This document shows positions 10,501 through 22,500 of a stretch of DNA of 64,000 nucleotides, piece by piece. Within the stretch, counting starts at the first letter, position 1. Every line of letters begins with the position of its first letter. The translations under genes were made by a program, and so were the position numbers. This DNA is from Balanoglossus misakiensis (lineage: Eukaryota; Animalia; Hemichordata), in NCBI GenBank assembly GCA_040954595.2, contig CM082594.2, forward strand, positions 9,007,612-9,071,611, read 5' to 3'. The notes beneath the pieces are model-generated. The model was not told where the DNA came from. It searched no databases and saw only the letters and a list, made by a program, of their open reading frames with translations.

Positions 10501-13500
10501 CCAGAATGGTTTTTAAATTCCCGGGCATAAAACTAAGAGGCAGAACTGAGAGAAACTTTGGCATGTTCTACTCACATCATCGATATCTTCTTCACAGTGC
10601 GGCCTGTATTTCTTCGGAGGTAAGATACTGATATGCCACTTCTTCCATCGGATGTCTTTCCATTTCTTGATGACCGGATGCATCTAGGGAAAGCAAGATG
10701 AAATCATTTCACCAATGTGCAACGGAAAAACTGCGCACCCTGCGACAGGCATAGTGATATATATTTTTGGTTATTTCCAAATCTGAGAGTCAGGTGCATG
10801 TATAATTACTATCATGTGGAGCTTAATATGAGAAAGATGTCTGAAAATTTCTTATTTACCTCCTCTGAACCATTCTTTCTCCTCCTAAAATGGCTCTTAT
10901 TGCTCGGTTTCTGTTCCTCCTTCGGCATGATTTCAGACTGTACTTTGAGCGTGGCTTTCAACAGCGGCTGTGATTGTTCTTGAATTGGCAGTTTAGTGTC
11001 CGGGTCCTTACTGGTGTGGTTGACGACAGCTGCGGCGAGTTCCGGAACGCTGCGCTGCGTCTGCTGAGCTATGGCAAACTGCATATAGCAGCTAGTACTG
11101 CAGAAAATGACGTCAGTGTCTCTGTCACTCATTGAAAGGAAGTCGGTGGGCCGCTTCCGGACGCCCTCGCCAAGAACAACCACGTCGCAGTGTCTGCAGA
11201 AATGCGTCTTGGCTTGCAGCAGGCTCTGAAGATTGCTGGGTTTTTCTTTCTTGGAGATTTGTGAATCTGACTGGGATTCCACTGGAGAAAAAAAATTAAA
11301 ATACTGGTCATTGGAATCTATGAGATGTGGGAGTAATAAACAAATCATGAGGACAAATAAATAAACAAACAATGACAAAAAAACAACACACACACCTTCT
11401 TTGGATTGTTTCTCAATTGCATCGCCACTGACTTCGAAACTGTTTGGTTCTGGAATGTGCAGCAAATCAGCCACAGCTGCTACAACACCCTTCACGTCTT
11501 CAGCCGCCGTCACTGACAACTCTATGGTGACCGAAGAGGAACTGGATTCCGACTTGGCCGGAAAACTTGTGGTGGAAGTGGTAGTCACGGCGATACTAGC
11601 AGTGGTGGCGGCTGTCAGTGCGGTCAATGACATTAGGGATGTCGGCATTTCACTGGGCTTGATGGGAAACCCTGCAAAACACAGAAACAAATGCTCTCAC
11701 AATCCTGCGATTTCCCCCCAGAAATTCATGAAACTGGTACAACAGTCACTGGTGTTACAAGTGAATTATTTCGCAATGATCTTCAGGTGATACCAAAGGA
11801 CTCAAACAGCAAGGAGGCAATGGTTGCTGAGAACAATTGTCTTACCTCTCTTAGTTGGTGTTGGCCTGAGCACAGGAAATGTTGGTGATGGATTATGCGT
11901 CTCTCTTCCGCCAAATTCTGCCCTCGCTATCACCTTCAATCCTTTGATGTATGCTGGCTCATCATCCTCAACACACTCCGGAGATGACGATGGTACTGTA
12001 CTGCCTGATCGGCTATCATTTGCTGATAACCTGAGGTATGAAATAATTTTTTACGTTGGAATTATTGTGTTACCAATTGTGTTTTCAAAATTGTGTTACC
12101 TCCTTATGACTTGAAGACCCTCAATACATGTTATACACTACTATTAAGGACAGGGTTCAGGTTATTTCACTGTTCTAACAAGTTAAGAAAAGGTAACATC
12201 CCAACATCATCGTGTGTATCTTTCATTTTGCCCAATTTCTTTAGAACAGAGTTGCGATATGATCATGTACCTTGGCGTGTTGTCCGACGTTGGTGGTGGT
12301 GTTGGCAATGACGGAGGAATGTCGATGTCCTTTGCCGCATTCAACTGTGGGTTGACAGCCTTGGTGATTGTCCTCTGGTGCACGCTCAGCTCCTTCATCA
12401 CCTCATCCGCTGTTGTCATGGTGATGTCTGCTCCTGGAACGACAGATAATTGGTAACGCCTCGGTTCTTTGGCGGGTCCCAGGAAACCTGTACACCAAGG
12501 ACATTGCAATAATGAAGCAAGACAACGTACACAGCACGACGACAGAAGCAGTTTACTGAGCATGCATGCTACATTAGTACACTGAAGAAAAAAACTAAGA
12601 AGTGAAGAATAATTATGTTGGTATGCAAGAGGAAGTGAGCTTGACATCAAAGTAAAGTATTTACCAGTAAAAACACTGATTAAAATATACAAAAGTACAT
12701 AGGTGACACAGAGAGCTTGATCATTGTACACACACAGCGAGAAAGATTAAAAGAGGTGATTTTGCCAAAAATGAACACATTCTGGTCTGATAAACTGTTA
12801 ACAAAAGAAATTTGCAAACAGTTAATGGGGACAGTATTTTTGATAACCACTGCAATAAACAACAACGAATCTTCATTAATTCCAGATATCAAATTCATTT
12901 CAATATTTGCATCATGAATTCACAGGTGCTTGGGTTCAATACCCATATGATGTTTTACCAGGTTCCTGAAAATCTTTCCCTGAAGCAAGTACTAATTTAC
13001 ATATGAAATGATTACTCACTGGAAGTATCATGAGCCTGTCTCATCTGGCTCAAACCAATCATCCTTCTCTGCGTCAACTCCGAGGGATGTGCATGCCCGT
13101 TCACCATTGGCACGGCCATCTTGTCTGGCGGTGACGGTGGTAGCGATGCCGGTGGTGTGGGTGGGTTCGTCAGCGGCGGTGGTGGTCCGAATGGGAAATG
13201 GGAGTAGTAGTCGGCTAATCCGTCGATGGTCGCGTGTCCGTAGGCGCCCCGGAGTTGGTTCTCTCCGGGAAGCGTGCCACTTCCGAGGATCGGACAGAGA
13301 GAGAAATTGATGCTGACTTCCGGTTCGCACAGCGGCAACAGTGGAAGCTGCTTGATGGCGTTCATTAACGCTTTCGACTCGTCCAGGATGCCGTCTTCAT
13401 CATCCAGAGATGATTTCCTCTTCTTGGACTTTTCGTGGACTTTGTTCTGTTTCAGATTTTTCCTCTTCTTCTTCTCTTTCACCTCTGGCACTTGCTCCCT

Positions 13501-16500
13501 CTGTCTTTCGTACTCCTGCCTATTGATCTCCATCAAGATCTCTCTGTCTGAAACACCGGCTTTGAGTTTCTTGGCAATCCAGTCCGAGTCATTCTTTGGT
13601 TTCACATACGGCAGCTGCTCCAACATTTCCAGCTGTTTCTGTTGCTCTGGGGTCAGTACAACATTAGAGATGTCATCTTCATCCTCTGCAGTTGAGCTCC
13701 CTGGTGGCTTTGTGCTCTTCGCTTTGACTTCCCCTAAAGCTGCATCTGCTGCGGTGGTTGTGACTGCAGTCGGTGTCGGTTGCGCCATGGTTGAAGTGTC
13801 TGAACTTCCACTCATGGCTGTTGTGCTTGTGTGAGTTTGTTGGCCGCTCTGGTAGATGGCAGGGCCCTGAAGCAGTTGTTTCAGCAGCAGGTTTTGAAGA
13901 GGTTTTGATTCCTTCTTCCCATCCCCTTTGCCGTCTTCCCTTCCATGGTTACTATCTTCTTTGGTCGAGTCACTTTTCACTGACTGACTATCGGAGTGTT
14001 CAATTTCTAACTTGGCCACTTCAGCAGCCATACTGTCCTGGCCTCCTTCAAGCTTAGCAACCATGATGTCCAAATTAGGAGATGCACCTGTCTGATTGTC
14101 TCCCTGTTTTAGTTGATTCATAGGCGCATTCATGTTTGGAATATCATTAGGCATAGTCACCATTGGATTCCTGCCACTGTTCATCATCAGCCCCTGCTGG
14201 TTGGCCCTCACACTGCCATCATCGAGATGACGCAGCGGTTGCGTGTTACCGAAATCCAAAGCATCAGTTGGCATGGGCGTGGCCGGCGGCAAATCATACG
14301 GATCGACCTCTTCCTTCTTTTTCCGCCTGACGCGTTTCTTTTTCGGTTTCTCAACAGGCGGTGGTGGGCACATGTCGGCTCCTGGGTAACTTGGCGGTAC
14401 CGGAAACCCTCCCTCCTGGTTCATCTGGGGGAAGTTTCCGAAGCCGGGATGTCCTGGTTGCATAGGTGGCATGGCACCGCCCTTGGGAGGCATGGGTCCC
14501 TGTTGCGACATTCCTGGCTGCATCGGCATCATGTGTCCGGCTTGGCTGCTGGGTGGGAATGGCCTTCCCGGCGGGAATGGTACCGGAGACATCATTTGCT
14601 GCGGTGGTTGGGATGGCTGGGGCCCGCCGCCCTGTGAGAAAGGAATGGCATTCTCGTTGAAGAAAGGCATTTCCATCAACTGCTGCTTATTTCTCTGGGT
14701 GATTTCAACTTCTTTCAAAGCATGTTCCTGTTCCAATCTTTGGATGGCCCGTGCATGGTCGACCTGCTGCAGCATCTGCAGTCTCTGTTTCTCCTGCTGC
14801 TCTCTCAGCCGTGCCATCTTCTCTCTTCGCTCCCTCTGTTGGAACTCATCACTGAACGGGTTGTTGTCATCTTGCATTATATGGACCGGTGGACGGGCAC
14901 CTTGCGCCTGCGGAGGGGGAGGGGGTGACTGCAGTTGTGGGTTCGGACCCATGTTAGGTTGCATTCCTGGTGGTGGTGGTGGAGGCGGTGGTGGCCCAGG
15001 GAACCTGACATGGTTCCCATCTGGGCCGAACGGCACCTGCTGTCCTGGCAACTGGGGATTTGCCATCGAAAACTGCTGCATCTTCTCTTGCTGCTTCATC
15101 CTGTATTCCTGCATGAGGGCACCGTGTTGCCGTTGTTGTTTTCTGATCTGCTCCAACTGTCTCTGCGTCTGTCCATGCTGCTGCGTGATCGCCTCCAACT
15201 CAGCCTCGTCGTTTTCAGAGAAAGGCCTGTCGTTTTTCTTGCTGGCTCTCTGTCTGGCCGACAGCGACTTCTTCTTCTTCCGATGCTTCGTTGCCTCTGC
15301 TTCCAGAAACTTCTGTTGCATGTTCAGCAGCTGCTGGTGTTGAAAGAGCCATTCCTCATACTGGGCAGCCTGTTGCCGGTCGCCGTCCGGAAAAGGTGGC
15401 GGTCCCGGTCCGGGTGGTGGCGGTATTGGACCGTGCGGTGGCGGTGGCATCATCCCAGGTAGGTTCTGGGGTCCCCCTGGACTGAGCACAGCCGAGGGAA
15501 CACTCGGACCCGGGCTTTGCAATCCCAGCGGTGACGGTACCATGCCTGACATCCCTGGGATTCCTCTGGGCGACTGCCCTCCGGGTGTAGGGCTCGGCAT
15601 CCCAAGTGGGGACGGCCCACCACTGGCTTGGTTCGACGCATGCATGCTACCCATAGGGGAGGGCACTCCGTGTCCTGGGCTCTGAACATTCATTGGCGAT
15701 GTTGTTCCGAAAGGTTGATTCGGGAGAGCAGAGTTGGGTGCCATTGGGTTCATCCCTGCAGGAGAATGCATACCCCCTGCTGTTGTGGGTACACCTGGGC
15801 TTTTGATGTTGAGAGGTCCTTGCTTGGGTGGGAACCCAAACCTGGGCGTGCCACCTGGGCCCATCATCTGATTTCCTGCCATTCCATCTTCAAACAACGG
15901 TGGTTTGTCCGGCATATTGGGCCTCATTCCGGGAAACGGGCTCATCGGGTGGGGACCAACTCCTGGCAGTTTGTCTCCCTTGAAGTTCTGACCAGGAAAT
16001 CTCTGCCCCATCATTCCAGGGAAACCAGTGGCTGGCATTTGTGTTCCTTGGAATTGCGGTGGTCCCGTTGGAGACTGCTGGTGTAGATTCTCCTGATGTT
16101 GTCTGGTCATTGCTTTTAGCAACTGCGCATGGGGTCCTGGGGTTCCTTCAGTATCTGCAAAAGGCAAATTGTTGATTTATAATTAGTACAGTATTCACCT
16201 AGTAACACTGTATTATTGTATTATTGGTTTATTGTCCATTCTAACTCAAGCAAAGTGTGGATATGGCCAACAAACTGGTTGAGCAATTTCTGGTTTGCTG
16301 TATGGACAATAGACCAGTAATGGAATTTTTCATCTTACCTTTACTTGCAAACAGTTTGGCTTCCCTCTGCAACTTTTCAAAGTCTATGTCATTCAGGAAC
16401 TGATCGGTTGGAGGTGTGCGTACAGGAGCGTTGTTGGCAGTCTGAGGTGGCGGCGGCGGTGGTGGTGGTGGTGGCAGTGGTTGTGAGGTTGGATGCTGTT

Positions 16501-19500
16501 GTTGCTGCATCTGTTCCATCTTCTCCTTTTCCAGGAGGTCTTGAAGTAGCAGTGGTTGTTCCTGCAGGAGAAGGCGCCTTGTTGCTGATGACTGCAACAG
16601 TGACTGCTGCTGTTGCATCTGTGTTGTTGCTGTGGAACTTGTCACTACAGCACCTGTCATCTTGAAGAGATCGCTGATACTGGTGGGCATGCTGGTGGGT
16701 GTTGCACCACTCATGTTCGTACTAGCACTGTTGCTGCTGTTGCTAAGTGCCGGTGATGCAGGAGTTGGTGTTGAGGCTGCAGTTGTTGGTGTTGCAGCAC
16801 CACTACTACCACTCCTGGCTGCTGGTGGAACAGGTGTGCTCGATCCGCTGTTCTCCCCTTGTTGTGGCTGTTGTGGTGTTCCTCCCTCTGGGGACTTGTC
16901 TTCTTCCGCTTTCTTCTCCTTGTCGTTCTCATGTTCCCCACACCCCTCAGGTCTTCCACAATGCGTTGATGACGTCTTGTCTCCTCCAATCTGCGAAGTC
17001 GGTAACCCGGGCTCCAGTTTGACTTTCACAGACGACATTGAATCGAGCATGTCTTTCAATTGGCTGTCCCCTGATGATGATGTACCAGCACCATCGCCTG
17101 CACTTTTCACCTCACTCTGCGACTGCTCCACTGACTGTTGCTCAGCACTCTGTTGATCCTGTTCTTGTTTCACCTTCTTTTCCTCTACTTTCTCGCCACA
17201 TCCAGATCCCCCGCCACACTTATCCGTTTCCCCGCACCCTTTTCCATCCTTTTCCCCGCAGCCTTTCCCATCCTTGCCATCACATCCTTCCTTCTCTCCA
17301 CAGTTCTTGCCATCCTCACACCCTTTATCATCATTTTCGCCGCAGTGGATCCCATCTGTGCATTCAGTACTGTCGTTCTCGCCACATCCTTGGCCATCTT
17401 TGCATTCTTTGCTCTCTCCACAATTATTGCTGCCACTCTTGTCTTCACATCCATTGCCATCGTTTTCACCGCAATGCAAACCATCACTGCATCCTTTGTC
17501 TTCCCCACAACCTTCTTTCTCTCCGCAGTTCTTCCCGTCTTTACCATCACAGCCCTTCCCTTCTTTCTCTCCACACCCGGATCCATCCTGCCCCTCACAT
17601 TGTGAACCATCCTTCTCATCGCACCCTGGCTTGTCATTTTCACCACAGCCATTTCCATCTTTGCACTTCTTGTCTTCAGACGTTCCTTCCTCCTTAGGGC
17701 TGTCCTTTGGTGCAACAGTTCCATCAGTCTCCTCCTTGACTTCTACCGGGCCAGAGTCCGACTTCTTCTCTTCACCGCACTGTTCCTCCACTTTCTGCTG
17801 GTCAGGTGCAGGGTCGGTCTCCGGTTTCACGTCAGTTTCCTTGTGATCGTGATCTTCACTGAGACCTAAATCTTTGAAGAGTTGTTGGTTTGCCTCAGAG
17901 TGGCGGTTTGTGTCGACCAGCTCAGGGTCTGCATATTCCAGAATATTGAATTCTCCGTCTTTGAAGAGATCGTCATCCAGCGGAGGTTCCCCGTGAGGAT
18001 TGCTGTCAAAGTCGTCATGAGGGCCTGGGAACTGATCCTGCGATGGCTGCCCGAAATGGCCCCCGGGTAAACCTGCTTGCTGCTGCGCCTGACCATCGGG
18101 TTGTTGAGCTGCAGCACTGAAAGGAGGGCGCTGCTGACCGCTGAAGGAATCACCAGGCATTCCAGGTTGACCGGGAATGTTAGGAAATCCAGCAGCTGCA
18201 CTTGAAGGCGGGAACGGCGGCGGTTGCTGTGATGGATCTTTCTGCATGTATCTGGGTCTAGCAGTTCCTTCCATGAAACCTGGTGGCTGTTGCTGAAGTT
18301 GCGTCGGAAAAGGTCCTCTGGGATGCTGCTTGACTAAGTGATCGTACGGATCCAGGGGGTTCAAGCTGCCTGGAGGATGCCCCAGTCTTGGTGTCGGCAT
18401 CTGTGATGGCTGGGCTGGCGGCAAAGTCCTCTGCTGTAGCCTCTCCTGGACCAGAGCCATCTGTTGATTCCTGGCTCTTACGCCTTGGAAACCTTGAGGA
18501 CCTGGGACCTGCTGGGGAAGCTGATGTCCCTGTCCCGGCTGCGAGGGCCCTTGCATTCCCTGTGGCAGGGGAGGGCCCGGCACTTGCTGTTGAAGCTGGT
18601 GTCCCTGCGGTCCTTGCATTCCTTGTTCGTGGCGCTTGAGTTCTATAAACTGGTTGGGATGCCGCGGGGAGGCTTGAGGAAATGGTCCCGGCAGCCTCCT
18701 CTGTGGTCCGCCCCTCATCACTTGGTCTGGCCCCATTTCCGAGAACTGGTCCGGCCACTGCGGTCTCGGGAATGGCTGACCTTGGTCGCTGCCAAAAGGA
18801 AATCCTGGACCTGGTGGGGGTCTGATGCCCTCACCTGGGAATGGAGGCCTCTGCATAGGTTGACGAGGTGGCATGAAAGGCTCTCTCGGCATTGAAAACT
18901 GGTGTCTTTGCTCCGGAAAGTGAGGACCACTGGGGTAGGGTGGCGGTGGTTGAGATGGTGTTGGCTGTTCTGGTGACCAGTGCCGAAGGGGAAAGTTAGC
19001 GTGCTGATCCCTCATCAGTTGCTCCTGTTCCTGTTCTTGTTTGCGCCGTCTCTTTTGCTCTTGTTGTTTCACCAGCAGTTCCCGCAGCTGGGCCTTGGCG
19101 AATTCTCCGCATATGTTCTGATCTGGCAAGGCTGCGATTGGAAATCTTTCCGGTCCGGCAAACCTGGGGTCTAATGATTGAGATGCCGGTGACATTGCGT
19201 TGCCATCATCAGCCTGTGATCGCTGTTGCTGCTGCTGGGCCTGCTGCATCATCTGCTGCATTTGCTCCAAGGCTGGTTGTTGATGTTGTGGTTGGGGCTG
19301 AGGTAGATGAGATAAAGGGGACTGCGGATGAGGAGGAGCTTGAGTCATACTTTCTTGCGATTGATTCTGTTCCTGCTGCGGCTGACTCTTTGGAGGATCG
19401 TGCTGTGGAGACTGTGCAGTTACCGGCGGCAGTTGTTGGTCCTGCATCTGCCAGGGAGAGCCCACCTGTGACTGGACAGGTGGTTGCTGTTCTTGAGGAG

Positions 19501-22500
19501 GGCTGGGCTCGTTGTTGCTCGATGTCTCTGCTGACTTCTGTGTTTTGTCATCTGCAGGATCGTTTTCATTAGCACCAGGTGTCCCAGGTTTGGATTGTGG
19601 TTGTTCAGCCTCTCGTAACTTCTTCTTCTGTCTAACTATAGCTGGAGAAAGAAAGAAAACATAACCATCAAGACACTCTGTAATCAGTATACATGTTGTC
19701 AAACTAGTTCCCTGCTGCCATTACTCACACAAAGGTATTGCAACCAAGAATAAATATATACATAGTTACACGCATCACTCCATCCATATATACATACACA
19801 TACATACAGCAACTGAGAGGTTATAATAAAGAACATACATTCAATAATACCTGTGCTTTGCTTTTGGTCTTGTTGTTGCTGCTGCTGTTGTTGCCTCATC
19901 TGCTGCAGTAACTTCCACTGCCGTTCTTGCTCTTGCTCTCGGAGCAGTTTCTGTTCCTTCATGAGTTTCTGTTGATCTTTCTTGGATGTTGAGGTTGGCC
20001 TCGTCATCTGCATTCCCGGACTGAAACCGATGGGCGGTGGTGGTGGTGGCGGCGGTGGTGGCATTGTCATACTGTCTAACGCTCCAACGTGCGGCGATGG
20101 CATCCCCGGGGGTCCTGGTGGGCCGTGGAGTCCATGTCCTTGCATTTGCGCAAAACCTGGCATCTGACCAGGCATCTGCCCCGGCAAGTTTGAAAGACCC
20201 GGTATCTGACCCGGAGGACGGCCCTGCATATTGGATGGGCTGAGGAGCTGATTTTGTCCCATTGGACCTGGTACTGACATGGGACCTTGGCCTTGTGGTC
20301 CTGGTGCTGGCATATGTCCTGGTCCTGGCATCTGACCTGGGCCTGGCATCTGTCCTGGACCTGGCATTTGTCCTGGACCTGGCATCTGCCCAGACATTGG
20401 CCCAGACATCGGCCCACTTGTTGGCATCTGTCCTGGCAGTGGCATAGGCATCTGTCCTGGTCCCATCTGTCCCGGTGGCATCTGTCCAGGCTGTGACATC
20501 AGACCTGGGATAGGTCCAGGGCTTGGGGCTGGGCTGGGAATGGGACTCCTCATCTGTGGATTCTCGATCTGTTCACTGCCGATGTCATGGCCGCTCAGCT
20601 TTTCTTGAGCCTTTTTCCTCTGGATTCCTTCATTCAGCTGTTGAAAAACACAGAAAGAAAACCCCACAAACATCAATACTAAAGCTCTTATCAATTAACT
20701 TCAAGGAAACCATGCACGTGCGTTTATCCCTTCAGTATTAACACATGCACAGAAATGGTTAGAGTGAAGTGTTTCATTCAATGCTGATTACATTTTAAAA
20801 TAAATATGTGAAACAATTTCCGAATTAATTACCAAATTATAGGCTTTATGTCTCTTTTTTGTGGAGTTCAGAAACATATGTATCAGTATTTTTGTTAATG
20901 GAACCACTTCAGGAGACAACAACCAAAGCCATTGCAATGAAACACTTCACACACAGAGTTACCTTTATGTATCATGCTGGGAATATTAATTCAGAAATTA
21001 AACTTACTTTGGCGGCCACACTCAATCGAGATGGTGGTGGTAGAATGCTCTTTATCTTAAGAAAAGACAACACAGTATTAGTCAAGAGCGTTCTTTTTTA
21101 GTAAGGTCAGTTGCAGCCCACTCCAGACACAACCACACGCGAAAGTTAGTAAAGAATTAGGCATACTAATACTCACTCTCCATACCTTTTGGGCATCCTT
21201 TAGCCTCTGTGCTGCACGGTTTTCACGGGCCCTTTGTAGGAATGGGGCTTTATCGTCTGATGTTGCCTTCCTCCAAAGCTTGGCTATCTGCTTGGCTCTC
21301 GTGGGCCAGTCTGTTTTCAAAATAAATGACGAAAGACTTCTGAATGAAGGTAACAATGATTCAGAAACTGATAGTACTTCAAAATATCCCACAAACCATG
21401 ATATAATATATATAGGTGTTGAAAGAAGAAATTGTTTTATGACAAATCATATGAGGTTTATTTATTACTCACTTCACCAATTGTGGATCTCTGATATGGT
21501 GAGGAAATAGGTTGAAAGTCGACCTTACCTGGGTACTCGTTTCTCAAATCTGGGAACTGCATGTTTGCATATAGCACTGGTGAAATGGTTGCCATATCAC
21601 CAAGCGGTTCATCCTTCTCCCACTTTAAGATATTCCTCTGATTATAAGAGAGTGTCTCGACGTCCGGTTCGCTCGTTGGAGTCGACGGCCAGGGGCTCAT
21701 CGGAGCTCCGAAGTCTGGACTGAACACGGGACTGTTGGCCACGTCCGGCATGAGTCCTGGATGTTGTTGGTGCATTGGAGGGTGTTGTGGTGGGAAAGAG
21801 GGCTGAAGTGGTAAGGTTGTGGGTGGTGTCGGTCTCTGGTTTGGAGGCATGGACTGTGAAACAGTCGGTTGTCCCGACGATGCATCACTTCCCGGGAACG
21901 GGATATCTGTACCTGGACAGAGAGAAGATAAATTGTCAGTACAGTCAAACCTGCGTTAGTGGCCAACTCTATATAGTGGCTGATACATTTAGTACATACT
22001 AGAACTGTTATACATCAGTACTGTGTCAATGCTGTTGTCTATGAAATATACTCTGAAGCTTTGATGAATTGCTTACCTTCTGTTGACAAATGTTGCCCTG
22101 TTGTCTGTTCATGGGGACTCAGCATGCCTGACAGAATATCGTCCATTTCTTTGCCATCCAGCTGGGCCAGTTCTGTTGAAAAGAAAAAAAAATTCTCTAT
22201 CAGTTTCCGCAATGCATTCGGCCTGATCTCTATGTTTGCTATTATATCCAAAGACAGTGTCAAGGGTTTTTCCTGTATTCGAAGACTAGTTATACTGTTT
22301 GAACAACCACTGTTTGTTGAGAGATGAATGACTGACCTTCAGTGACCATCTTATCAATATCTTCAGCATCGAGTTCGGTCATCTGATCAGCGCTGGTTTC
22401 GGTCCTGACTGCTGCTGCGTTGACACCAGCACCACCTGGCCCATTTTCTGTCACAGCACTGATATCAATACCTGAACAGAAAACATACACTTTTCATTGT

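Noticed and set aside
13008-20496. Many long plus-strand and alternative-frame ORFs overlapping KMT2C/D giant exons
   Set aside because: They are antisense/shadow ORFs caused by the low-complexity P/Q/G codon composition and have no independent gene structure.
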